Source: Microthyrium microscopicum (lineage: Eukaryota). From it: 64,000 nt of DNA. Of this stretch, positions 47,031 to 60,337 are shown in pieces. The notes beneath the pieces are model-generated. The model was not told the origin of the DNA and did no database searches. It saw nothing but the letters and a program-made list of their open reading frames with translations. Where the stretch lies: NCBI GenBank assembly GCA_010405405.1, contig MU004230.1:1274627-1338626 (forward strand). The letters run 5' to 3'. Both the position numbers and the translations under genes were made by a program. Position 1 is the stretch's first letter; the number at the start of each line of letters is the position of its first letter.

Positions 47031-50000
47031 TTACTAATTATGTATCTTCTAGTAATACTAAGTAGTAAAGAGAATTAGATTAAAGCTAATCTTAGTTAGC
47101 CTATTATAGTTATACTAGCTAATATAGAATAAGATAAGGTTAAGAAATTTATTAAAGTAAGGATAGCTAAATTCTACATTATATTAGATATAGTAGAGGT
47201 AGACTACTTTTATATAAAGTAAGCTCTGTATTCTAATGACGAATCTTAGCTTACTTACTATAATACTTTACTATAAATAACGCTTCTTTAGTAGATAAAT
47301 AATATATTTCTTAACTACTCTTTATTTAAGAAACTTAATTCTATTATATAAGAACTTGCTCTTTACTAATATATATATTAAGTTAATACTTATTTGCTTC
47401 TTTAATATTTATACTCTTATATTTCTAATTTTATATTCGTTATATTAGCTTTAGGCCTCCTTTATAGACCTACTTAGATACTTAACTCTTAACTAAAAGG
47501 TATACTATATTTAGCTTGTTAGGATATAGATATAGCTTAGTAAAGAAATTATAATTAGAATATAGGTGTAGAGTGTCCTTCTTACTTTTAAGAAACTAGT
47601 ATTCGCTAGGTAAAGAGAGTACCTTAATTAGTAGGAGGGTAGTTAAAAGAGAATTCTTAACCCTAGGTTAGACTACTACTAGAACTAGTAGTAATTAAAG
47701 AAGAAACTATTATTTATAATATTAAGTTATATCTATTGCCTACTTAATAAGTTTTTATAGTTAAGATTAAATAATTTGGGTTTATAAGTAGTAGCCCTAT
47801 ATCCTTACTTAATTTGTATATTTAAATAGAGGATTATTAGGATAGAGAAGAAGATACGCTAATATAAATAGAGTCTAAAGCTCTTATTACTTAGTTAGCT
47901 CCTTACCTAAACTTAGTATTAGTTAGGAACGTAAAGATAGGTTAGCTTTAAAGTATTAAAGATAATCTAAGTTTAATATATTAAAGCGCTAAAAAGACTT
48001 AAACTAAATAGCCTTATAATTTTAATACTTAGAAGCTTTTTTATAATAATATACTACTAGATAGTAAAGAGATATTCTAAAAAGTAGCCTAAATAAGTAA
48101 GTTTGCTAACTTACTAATAGAATATAGACTATTAGCTAATAAGAGCTAGGTTTTTTTAGTGGTATTATCTATTAGAGTAATATAAATAGCATTTTGTACT
48201 TTATTATAAAGATCTTATTTAAGTATCTAGACTAGGATATTATTAAATAGTTTTAGGCGTTATATAATAAGGGTAAAGGTATAAAGTTCTATATCTTTCT
48301 TTATAACGACGTAGAGGATATTTAAGGAGGTATAGATAAAATTAAAAAGAAAGAACTAAGATTTAATAAGGTTAGTAGAATATATAATGAACCTTAGAGC
48401 TTAGAAGATTTTTTTAAGAATGGGCTATTTAAGCTAAAAAAGGAAAAGGGGATGAGTAAAGTATAGTTTAATATTAACCTTATCTTTTAGATTATAAGAA
48501 CAAATTATAAGACTTAGGTAGATTACTATGAGTAACTTAATAACTTAGAAACCTTAGTTTTAAGAGGATGAGAATAGCCTAGTAAAATAATACTAAGGCC
48601 TAGATACCTAGATATTATATTACTTATACTACTTTTAATTTAAAGTATTAAAAAGGAGGATAAGCTTAGTAGTGCTATTACTATAGTTGATTCTAATGCT
48701 TTTTAAAAGATTAAGAAAGAGTTTAAGCTAGCTATAATTAACCCTAAGGCCTTTCTTAACTTAATTAGATAAAGTAATGGTAAAGATAAAGTTTCTAGTG
48801 AATCTAGTAATTCTAGTAATGATAGAGAGCTACTAAAGGATAAAGAGTTGCTAAAGGGAACTAAAGGTAATAATAACTATAAACTATACCTAGAGCTAAT
48901 AAAGAAAACTCTTACTAAAAAGAAAAAGAAAGGTAATGATGTAGAAAAGTTAAAGCTATAAATTGATAAGGCGCTTTATAAACGTAACGCTTCTAATACT
49001 AAGCTGTTTAATTAAACCTTTTAAAAGTATAGAAAAGGGCTAGTAGTAAGCCTAGAATAAGAATAGGAGGAAGTAGAGGCCTAATAGGTTATATAGCTTA
49101 CTGCTAAGAAAGGTCTATAAGGCGGCTTAGGTAGGAAAGAAAAAAAAGGACGTAGTAGTATTAGTAGGCGAGGTAGGCATAGTAGTATTACTAGTAGAAA
49201 CTAATTTGTTTTTATATTTCTTTACTAGTACTCTTTAGTCTTTCCTTTAGGTAGTTTTACTTTATATTGCTAATAATATTATTCTTAGGTCTTATCTTTA
49301 TTTTAATTTGTAGTATAATAACGCTGCTAGGTAAAGCTTACTAAAAGAAGATAGGCCTAGCGTCTAGCTAGTTAAATAGAATAATATTAGTTTATAAATA
49401 TAAAATAGCCTCTTACTAATTATTTAAAGTGCTAGAGTACTTTAGCCTTAAGCCTTAGCCTTTATTAGGAATACTAACTAAGAATACTATATAAATAGTA
49501 ATGCTATCCTTAAGAAGTAGACTATACTAGGTTATGCTAGACTTATTAAAAATTAGCTACTTTTTATTATTAGATATAGTATTAATTTCTTTAATTCTTT
49601 AAAAGAAATTAATTATTTATTATTTCTTTAAGACTTTAAGTAGAGAGGATTAAGCCTTTACGCTGCCTATATAGGCTTTAACTTATATAGAATTAAATAG
49701 TTAGGAAGGACTAACGCCCTATTCTAAATAAGGGCTACGTAATTTAATAATATATCCTTATAAGGCTATATATATATTGCTAAATAATAAGTAACTAGCT
49801 TATTAAATTGTAATGCCTTATCTTTATATTACTAAACTAAGCTCCTCTAAATCCTTAAGTAGTTTATTAACTTATAGATTAAACTTAAGTAAACGTTAGT
49901 AAGTATAGTAATTAATATAACTTAGTAAAAAGAAGTTATAAAGTAGGATATAAAAAACTAGCATATAATAATAAAAAAAGTGAATAATAAGCTTAAAGGT

Positions 50001-53000
50001 AAGTAATATATAATATTTTTATAAACACGTTAGAAATAGAACTTAAATTAATAACTAAATTAATTAAAAGCTATACTAAACTAAGAATCTAAATACTAGG
50101 GAGTTATTAGTTAAGTGTTAATATAATTCTATAAAAAAATTAGTTATGTTTCTATTTAATAATATTAACTACTTACTAGGAAATGTAATAATAGTAGTTA
50201 AGCTCTAACTCTAATTCTAAAAAGACTTTTGTAGCCTATTAGTCTATAGAGGAGTTATAGTCTTGTTTAAGATAGATATAATATTAGTTAGTAGAAAATA
50301 ACTTAAGGAGAGTTAATAAAGTTGATTATTAGGCCATTAGGTACTTAAGGGTATAGATAGTAAGCTCTTTAATATTTAGACTATATCTTTTTAAGACTCT
50401 CTAATTAGGAGTAACTTTATTTTTTTTCTTATACGTAATATAGTTATTTATATCCTTATTATTAAATTTATAATAGCGTTTTAATAACCTCTTACTATTA
50501 TACTTATAAAGAGGGTAGCCTTTATTAAAGTTAACCTTCTAAACTAATTACTTATTCTTTCCTTATTCTTTCTTAATCTTTACTCTATTTATCTTTTTTA
50601 AAGCTCTTAAAGATATATTAATTTTTTTAGCGTTATTTAAAATATAAATAAGCTAGTAGTACTCTCTCTATTTAGTACTATCTATTTAAATAAAACTTAC
50701 CTTAGCTTTGCTTATACTTTTAAGAATTTTTCTTACTTGCTTATATAATCTTTATAGTTTACCTTAAAAGCGTATTAATAATATTAATATACCCTTACCT
50801 TTTAGAAGATTTAAGTCGCTAAACTTGACTAATAAGCCTATTATATTATTATTATAATCTATATATATCTTTATCTTCTTTACTTTTAAACGTGCCTTAA
50901 AAATATTTAACTTCTCTTTGCTATCTATATAGCGCTAAAGGTTCTTATAGAAGGGCTCTAGGTAAGATTCTTTAATTTAATATTATATTATATTAATTTA
51001 TATCTAGTTGTTAGTATTAAAGATTTAATTAAATCTATAACCTTTAGAGTAAATATTATTAAGATAATATATAGGACGAAATAAAGCTTATAATTTCCTA
51101 GCTACTTCTTAGTAAACTAAGAGAGTAGCTAGGAATGTATAAGCTTTATTTATTTTAAGGACTTTTTAGCTAAATTCTTTTATATTAAAATATCTTATAA
51201 AATAGTAACTTTAACTATAGAGTAAGATCTAGAGAAAGTTATACCTATATTAACTTATAATTTTAATTTATCCTTCGTCTTAGATAATATACTACTAAAA
51301 GGTATACTATACTAAAAAAGGATTAAATATAACTTATATATATTTCTTTTAGTATTTTTAAGTCTTTATCTTTTAATATTAGACCCTAACTACCTCCTAG
51401 GTAAACTAAGAGAATAATTAGAGTCTAATATAGCTCTAGAGGAGCTAATACCTACCTAAATTAGGATTTTTATTAGTTTAATATTAAGTTAATATTCTTT
51501 TTAATAGTAGGAGGAAGTAGATAAATTCTTACCTATTAGTTATCTTATTGCTAATATATATTTCTTCTATGTAAAGTATTATCTTAATTAATAATATAGT
51601 AGGTAGAAATCTAGCACTTTATTAGTATATATATAATAAAGTCCTTAATAAAGATATACTATTATATTAAATATAACTATCTTTCTAAAAAGAAGCACTA
51701 CTAGCTATATTTTAATTAATACTTATAATATATATCTAAGTTTATAATTAGCTTTAACCTATTAATATAATACTATCTTTATAGATAGAAGACTTTCTAA
51801 AAAGATAAAAGAACTAAATATATAATAAGCACTTAGAGTAGATAAAGTAGTATACTTACTTTGCTATTCTAAGCGTAGTAATAATAAGTAAAAGTAAATA
51901 TATTAAAAAATAACTACTAAAATAAATAGGGATACTAAAGGTAATCTTTACTATCTTGAAGTAAATTAGTAGATAATAGAGTAAATTTAGGACTTACTTA
52001 AAGCGTACGTTATGAGCTTAAATCTAGTAAAGGATAGCTTATAATATATTTTTTATATTTTTGTTTTTATTAGTTATAATATATAAAATATAAGCCTACT
52101 ATTCTATACTCCTAGATATCTTAAATAAATCCTTAGTTTATTCTTAAAGCTGTTAATTGTTACTAGGTAATAAGGTAGATAAATACATAAGCTTTATAAG
52201 TTAAAAGTTTAACTGCTTAGATTTTATAATATTCCTTTATAAATAAACGTAATGATTAGTTAGTAACTACTATAGCTAGTAATATATTTTTAAATATTAG
52301 CTAACTTTAAGTTACTCTTTTACTGCTTAATTGTCTAGCATTTAGATATATACTATAGTTACTACTTTTATTTACTAGGGATTAGTACTTTTTAATTTAA
52401 GAAGAACGCTACTTAAATAAAGATATTTAGAAGTAGTTAATTAGCTTACCTCTATATATTAATAAACTAATAATAATGTTTGTTAATATCTATTTACGTT
52501 ATTTAGTATATATTAATAGAAAGTATATCTTTACCTTTCTTATAATATACTACTAATTATATACTAAGTAATAAAGTTTCTCTATTTTTTTAGAGGCTTC
52601 TATATCTATATTCTTTTAATAATAATATTTACTACTTTAGATTAATAATATATACTAAGATTTCTATCTAAGGAAAAATTAGGTATATCTAAAGTGTAAC
52701 TACTAGCTAATAAATAATATAGTTAAATTATCTTAATAAGGCTACCTAAAGTCCTTACTTAATAAACTTAACCTTCCTAGAAAAGATATATACTTTATAC
52801 TAAAATAAAGAGTGTGACCTTTATTATACGTTAGGGCTAACGTATTAGATATATTTATTAATACTAGATTAAGGTAGGATTACTTTTTATAGATAAGAAT
52901 ACTCTTAGTAAAATTAAGAGCTTATAGTTTATATAGGTTAATAATCTTATAACCTATTTATACTATTTATATTATTCCTAATATAGTACTTATGCTTCCT

Positions 53001-55810
53001 AAGGATATAAGGTGCTATATAGAATTATTTCTATATATAATAATAATAAGGCTATAATAATATTAGAAAGTCTTTATATAGCTTAGTTTAAATAAAAATT
53101 ATAGTAGAAAATTATAGTAGTTAGCTTTGGTTTTTAGGCTTTACCTTCCTCTTAATTGCTAATTTATTAGTATTTAGTTTAGATAGTATTTAAATAGTAT
53201 ACTAGTTTTTAACTAACTTTCCCTTATATTATAAAATATAAGCTTTTTTAATATATAAAATAACCTAATTATTATACTCTAAACTAGAGTATAACTACTA
53301 TATAAGTATAATAGGTTATATAGAACTATAGCCTTAGAAGAGTATTATTAGTAAAATAGGTAAAGGAAGAATAAGATTAGACTTAAAAGGTATACTAGAA
53401 TTACTCTATTATAACTAGTAAGCCTATCTATAAGATAAAATTTCTAAATAAGAAGGTAATTAGTTATTATTAATAAGCCTACTATAGATAGTAGTCTATA
53501 GTAGGCTATAACTAATAAAGGGTAGTAATATTATTTATATTCTATATATAGTATCTCTAGGTAGTAAGTAGTTATAGTATTTAGTATAATTAAAATACTA
53601 ATTAATTAATAGTTAAAAACTACCTATATTACTATGAATTAACCTAGCATGATATAATATATTAATATAGAATGTATTAATATTAAAGATGTTAAGACTT
53701 TTTTTTAAAAGAAAAAAATTAATATAAAAAATACCTTACTATTTTAATCTTCTCTAGAAAGTATATTAGAGAAGGGTAACTAATGAAGTATAATAAGATA
53801 TCTTTAATAATAAATACTAAAGTATAAATAGTTATAAAAATTATTATAATATCGTTGCCCTAAAAGGGTCTTAATATTAATTAAGATCTACTAAGATACT
53901 CTTATAGTAATTTTACTAAGTATTAGTATAAATATACTACTTAATAAGCTTTATTATAGAAAGCTTTACTTGCCTAAGTAATACGTAGTATTAAATAATA
54001 CTACTTAGTAATAGAAAGGCTTTATAGCTATCCTAGCTAGTTAATACCTATATATTTAGAAAACTAGACTAAGTTATAGAGATAGGTTAGATTAGTAATC
54101 TCTACTAGTTTTAGCTGCCTTAAAGCTAAGTAATTATTAAATAGTACTTTAAAAAGTAACTATAAGTTATTCTTTTTATTTTACTAAAATAAATATATAT
54201 AATAAGTAAAATAATATCTTAATTTCTTAATAATATCTTAATCCCTTATATAATAAGTAAAATAATATCTTAATTCCTTATATAAGGCATCTCTTTGCGA
54301 AGGGTAGATACTTTAACGTATTCTAATAAGTTGTTTATAAAACGCGCGTTATAAGTAAAATACTAAGTATTTTATTATAAAGTATCTTACTATACGTATT
54401 CTCTTAAGTAGTCTCTAGAGAGGAATAGTATAGTAAGCTTTATAATTAATTTTATATACGTAGAAGTATATTATATTAGAGAGTATAGGATTAAGAGTAG
54501 AGAGAGCCTTTTAGCTAAGAAGGCTTACTCTATAGTAGTAGGACGTTATTCTTAAAGTAATACTTACTATTAAATTATTATAGTAAGATTGCGTAGGTAT
54601 AAAACTACTATGTAGTATAAGCTTAATATTATTATAGATTCTACGTAATTTTTAATATTACGTATTAGAATTTACTAAGATTTTACCTCTTTTTTTTTAT
54701 AAAAGAGCTAAAAATCTATTATTCTTTTACTTACTTAGCTCTTAATATAGCTATAGAGAAACTTAGTAAGACTTAGATATACGTACTACTTATTATATAA
54801 ATTAGCTTAGCGCTACTTAGATATAATAGCTAGATTAGAGTTATAGTCTTCCTCTTACTTAATGCTAAAAAATCTTACTTTATTAAACCTTCTTTATTAT
54901 AATTCTATTGCTTAATTATATTAGTTATGCTTAATTTAATAAGGGAATATAAACTTATATATAATTTAGCCTTATAAGATTATTATATAGTAGTGCTAAC
55001 TATCTTAGTACTAATCTTATGCTATTTCTTTACTTTTTTTATATTTTTATAAGTATAGTGTTCTATAATAGTAGGCTAGCCCCTTAGATATTTAAGTATA
55101 GATATATTTTATAAGATAATTAGTATTTATAAGGAATATTTACGCCTTTAGCATTAGTAGTTCTACTAATTAGTAAGCTAAATAGTATATATAATGGTTT
55201 AGTATATAAGCTAAGAAATATAGGCTTGCTAAAACGTAACTTTACTTTATATAATATAAATAGAGAAGTCTAAAATACTTTATATTAACGTCTTAAAGCT
55301 TGCGTAATTATATTAAAAGCTAGAAATTACTTTTAAGGATATAAATTAGTAGTAGAAGAGCATTAGAAGACGTTATAGCTAAAAGGATAGAAGTTTTTAG
55401 CGACTTAGACTTACTAAAAGTTAGTAAAGTAGTTATAAGTAAAAAGGATAACGCGCTAGAATAATATTATTTAGTAAAGGATTATACCCTTTTCGCTATT
55501 AAGATATAACGCCTAATCTAAAGAGACAATATATAAAGGAATAACTTAAGAACCTATAAAAGAGATAATACCCTAAAAGAGATATTATAGCTAAGGCTTA
55601 CCTATAAGCTAATTTAGTAAGGAACTACTATTACTAAGCTTTATTAAACTTTACTATAGTTGTAAATCTATAACTTTGCTTTTATTCTTTTAAGAGAGGA
55701 GCCCTATAGTGCTAGCTCTAATTAAAACCCTTATGCAAAGTTATTTTATTTATTAAAGCTATTTTAAGGAAGATATTATAAGTATAGTTTTCTTAAAGAA
55801 TATTCTCTTA

Positions 55811-56078
55811 CTAAATTTAGTAAGCTTTTTTACGAACTAATATCTTTACCTATAATATATCCCTATAACTATACTAAAATCTATTTATAACTTATAGCCT
55901 TTAACCTATAAGAATATCTTTTAGAGGCGCTTTTCCCTAAATTTAGTAAGCTTCTTTATAAACTAATATCTTTATTTGTAATATACCCCTATAACTATAC
56001 TAAAATCTACTTATAGCTTATAGCCTTTAACCTATAAGAATATCTTCTAAAGGCGCTTCTTCCTAAATTTAGTAAGCC
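55811..56078. repeat. 126-bp tandem duplication (2 full copies plus a partial third) next to the right TIR
   Basis: CTAAATTTAGTAAGC recurs at 55811, 55937 and 56063, and the intervening sequences align. Confidence 0.9.
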
Positions 56079-56480
56079 TTTAACTAATATCTATATTAGT
56101 TATTACTAATTATCTTAATTTAGGTATTAAAAAATACGTGATTTTTAAATATCCCTTTTAGAATTTATTTAAAGCGCTAAAATAGGAAAATAGGTGTAGG
56201 AATATTGCATTTATAAAATATAGATATTTGGACCTTTTGGTTTTGGTGAAGTGGCTAGGGTGGCCGTTATGAGCCGTCATATTATATCAATGTTGACATC
56301 AAGAGAGCCAAGAAAACCAAGACCACTCGACAATCCCATCATAACAAAATTTTGCCACAGAATTCCAGCAAACTTCGAGCAGAATTAGGAAGCCGTTTGT
56401 TATTCCAACTTTTCCCCTGAGTATACCTATCAAAAGTCCATTGCGTCGCGTCCAGACTCTGAGGGCGCCTTCACTTCACC

Positions 56481-56696
56481 ATGCTTCGACGACCTCCAAC
56501 CGCCATTACTTTGACTACAGAGGACATTATCAAATACGAAGAAGTCCGATCGAAACTCGCCGTCCAGAAAATGGAGAACATCAAGCGCTTTGAGCAGAGT
56601 AGTCAAGCAACTCATACTTCGACAGCGACTCAAAAGTCCAGAGCTGGCAACGCCAACGACCGGATCATGGGCACGGGGAATGGTAGCGCGAACTGA
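56481..56696 (+). CDS. CDC26: Anaphase-promoting complex subunit Cdc26
   Basis: N-terminus MLRRPPTAITLTTEDIIKYEE matches the APC_CDC26 signature. The protein is 71 aa and ends in DRIMG. Confidence 0.85.
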   Translation: MLRRPPTAITLTTEDIIKYEEVRSKLAVQKMENIKRFEQSSQATHTSTATQKSRAGNANDRIMGTGNGSAN

Positions 56697-56980
56697 AAAT
56701 TTCTCCTAACTATCCTTACCTCAAATACTCAATAACGGTCGGACGGTATCTTCTTCTGATGACACAAAGAAAAGAGCCCGGGCATTGGTGCAGAACATGG
56801 TTGGACTAAAATCATTCCTTGCTTGCTACCCAGGAACGCGCACTACCTCCTTTGCATTCCTACACGTAGCTACTAAACAAGTACGCTCTGTCTCAATCAC
56901 AATTCAGTTTATGAAATTATTATTGCTCAGAGTCTATGTGCACCGAATTGTTGCTGGCTTGACGACATCACCACGGCATC

Positions 56981-59602
56981 ATGTGCCAACAATCGATATA
57001 TCAACGTTGTTTTTTCAATCTCATATGGTCGATCGCTTGCATAATACATTTTTCTCCCGTGGTTACCTCGGAAGATACATACTTTCCTGTAGAGAAGGTT
57101 GAAAAGCTCTTGGAGAAAAGAGCCGGATCGCCATGGTGGTTCGCAAACATCGCGCGGCATGGAACCGTACCTTTCAATTCCGATCCCAACTACGTCCTAT
57201 ATCGCAATGTGGCGGACTATGGAGCTGTCGGTAAGTACCCATTTTACAAATGTAATGAACCAACTGACTAGGTTGATAGGTGATGGGCACGCCAACGATA
57301 CACAAGCTTTCCTCGATGCCTTCTTCCTTGGCCCGCGATGCGTCGGACAATTTGATCCTGTCAATCCGTGTCAATCTTCGACGATACAGCCTGCAATTGT
57401 CTATGTTCCCCCTGGAACTTACTTTCTTACTAATCGAATTATCATGCCATACAACTCGATTATCATTGGTGATGCACTCGATATGCCAACTTTAAAAGCT
57501 TCTGCCGACTTCAATGATATTGCCATATTGGATCCAGATCCGTATGTTTCAGGAAACGACCAATGGTATGCTAATCAGAACAACTTTTTCCGACAAGTGC
57601 GGAATCTCATCCTCGATACCACCAATACAGGAGTCTCATCTACTGTTGCTGGCGTTCATTGGCAGGTGGCCCAAGCGACCTCTTTGCAAAATCTAGTCTT
57701 CAACATGATTGTGAGTAAAGACGAGAACAACAAACAGCAGGGAATCTTTATGGAAAACGGGTCTGGTGGGTTTATGAGAGATCTCATCTTCAATGGGGGA
57801 GGCATAGGATTCTTTCTTGGGTAAGAATATAAAGATTTCTGATTATGTCATATGCTGAGAACAACAGGAATCAACAGTTCACAAGCACAAATCTGACTTT
57901 CAACAACTGCTACAAGGGAATCAGGATGAATCAAAATTGGTTGTGGTCATTCAAAGATATAACTTTCAATGGTTGTACAATCGGCATTGATATGGTTCAG
58001 GCTGGCGATCCATCCATTGGTCCAGGCTCTCCGTCTCTTGGTTCTGCCATCCTCGCGGACTCGACATTCATCAATACTGATACAGGAATCGTGAGTACAT
58101 ACAATTGCTCATATTCAAAACCAGCTTCGGCTGGCACCTTGATCGTCGACAACGTCGATTTCACAGGCGCTGGTATTGCGATTCGCAACCCTAACGGCAC
58201 CGTAATCCTGCCCGGAGGTTCAGTTGTGGCTGGATTTATGGCAGGAAATGTCTATTCGGCACAATATGCTCAGAGATTTTTCCCCAATCATGACAATCAG
58301 ACCTGCTATGTTCCCCAGGCCATACCTAGCTGTTACCAAGAAGCATATACACCCCCGACTAAACCTGCAGGCTTACTGGGCCCCAATGGTAAAGTCTTCG
58401 ATCGAGCCAAGCCAGCTTACGACGACTTCACCGTAAGTCAATTCATATCAGCGAAGGTCGACTTTGGTTGTGCGGGTGATGGTGTCGCTGATGACTCTGA
58501 CTGCCTGCAAAATCTCTTCAATTCAGTTAATTTTAACCAAGTTGCATACATTGATGGTGGAGCATACGTTGTCACAAAACCGATTTTCATCAAACCGAAT
58601 ATCAGGATCATGGGCGAAGGTTGGCCTAAGATCATGATCAAGGGCGGCTCGTTCTGGGGAGACAAGGCAAATCCAGAAGTGGCATTCACAGTTGGCAACA
58701 AGGGAGACATCGGCAAACTCGAGATGCAGGACATCGTTTTTGAGACCCAAGGTCCAACACCGGGTGCTATTGTGATGGAGTGGAATCTGGAAGAGGATGC
58801 ACAAGGTAGCGCTGGTATGTGGGATGTTCACTGGCGGATGGGCGGCTCAGCTGGGACTTTGATGCAAGAGAACTGCATAAAGACCCCTACTGAGGTCTTG
58901 AGTGTAGCGGACCCAAACTGCTTTACCGCTTTCCTGCTTTTGCATATCACCGAGACCGCGTCATTGTACATGGAAAACAACTGGGGCTGGGTTGCTGATC
59001 ACGAGCTTGACCAACTTCCCAATGATCAACTCAATATCTGGAATGGGAGAGGACTGCTCATCGAGTCTGTAAAGCCAGTGTGGGTGGTTGGCGGCTCATT
59101 TGAGCATTCACAACTCTACAACTACCAGGTGGCGAACGCGAAGAACGTTTACATGAGCCACATACAGTCGGAAACAGCGTAAGTAAGCCTGAACTTTCAT
59201 GACCACAAGCTAATGATTCAAAATAGATATATGCAAGATAACCCAATTGCGACTCTAGCATATCCACCGCAAGCCAGTTGGGATGACCCTGATTTCAGTT
59301 TCTGCCAAGGTTTGACAAAGTGCGTCAAAACTTTTGGATTGCGAATATACAACAGCACCTACGTTTACATTTACGGGGCTGGATTGTATTCGTTCTTCCA
59401 AAATTACGATTCCAGTTGTTTGGTTCCGCATAGCTGTCAGACCAATGCCGCAAGTATCGAGCTGTCGGAAGCGGTGTACGTTTATGGCTTGTATTCAGTT
59501 GGCCACGATAATATGATGTTAATGGATCAAACGCCGTTGGTGCCTCAGGGAGACAACTCGAACACGTTCGGTGAAAGCATTGCGCTGTTTGAGTATGAAT
59601 GA
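56981..59602 (+). CDS. Secreted GH55 exo-beta-1,3-glucanase, 4 exons
   Basis: Signal-like N-terminus and a Kex2-type LEKR, then YRNVADYGAV/GDG, NQNNFFRQVRN, HWQVAQATSLQN, GIFMENGSGGF, WGWVADH and QSETAY. Introns at about 57232-57279, 57821-57868 and 59180-59225. Confidence 0.95.
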
Positions 59603-60337
59603 TGGATTATGATATTTGGAGTGTTATCAGGTTATTAGGAACCTGTCCAAATGGCCCAGTAGATTAGCAATACTAATTTTTGAAACAAACTTCTTGATTC
59701 AGAGTCATCGCCTCGTTTGTTTCTCCCATCAATACTACATCCGAAGGTTGTAGCGATGGAAAAACGTGATTCATACACAAGGGTTTCTGAAGGTACTGTT
59801 ACGTTGAGGCCCGTTCGTCCGGCTAATTTTAACTTCACTTCTTCGAATCCACCTCCGAACTCCATCACCATCTCCATAACCATTGAATGGTTAGTCCACT
59901 CGTTACTCGCCTTCATATTGGACGTTGTACAACAACATAAGATGTATTCACATCTCTTTCAGCATCCGAGTACAGCTGGTCTGTCCTGTACCATAGAGTC
60001 GGAGACTGCATTGTACAGCCACTCTAGACCGTGGTATCGAATGATGGACGCGTCGTTAATGAGAAAACTTAAACGCGTAGCAATGATCAGTATCTTAATG
60101 CCAAGAGCTAGGGATGCAATACGTGCGGTCATAAAGAGGGTCAACGGAATGGGCTGGTGCCCAGTAGTCGTGGAATGGACGGCACCGCGTTGTGTGCTCC
60201 CCAGCGCGCTCAGAATGTTCCTACGCAAAAACATCAAAAGGCGCACCAGTATTGCACCTAGTGTGTGGCATTAGCTACTCTTACATTCGTTTATACTTGT
60301 TGGTGCATTAGATTGTCATCGTCTATCTACTGCAGCT

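Larger units (their letters stand above)
44895..56281 (+). mobile_element. RIP-inactivated 11.4-kb TIR transposon, IS3EU-like (integrase-type DDE)
   Basis: ~182-bp TIRs (44895-45076 and 56100-56281) beginning TATGACGGCTCATAACGGCCACCCT. TTATA directly flanks both ends (44890-44894 and 56282-56286). The interior is extremely AT- and TpA-rich and contains transposase motifs recoverable by reversing RIP. Confidence 0.88.

Noticed and set aside
44895..56281. AT-rich block as a centromere, NUMT, LTR retrotransposon or Starship
   Set aside because: It is bounded by inverted rather than direct repeats, shows RIP TpA bias and has DDE motifs. I saw no RT, tyrosine recombinase or mitochondrial gene remnants.
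59635..60274. ORFs between the GH55 and WSC genes
   Set aside because: Overlapping on both strands with no motif; likely UTR and promoter.
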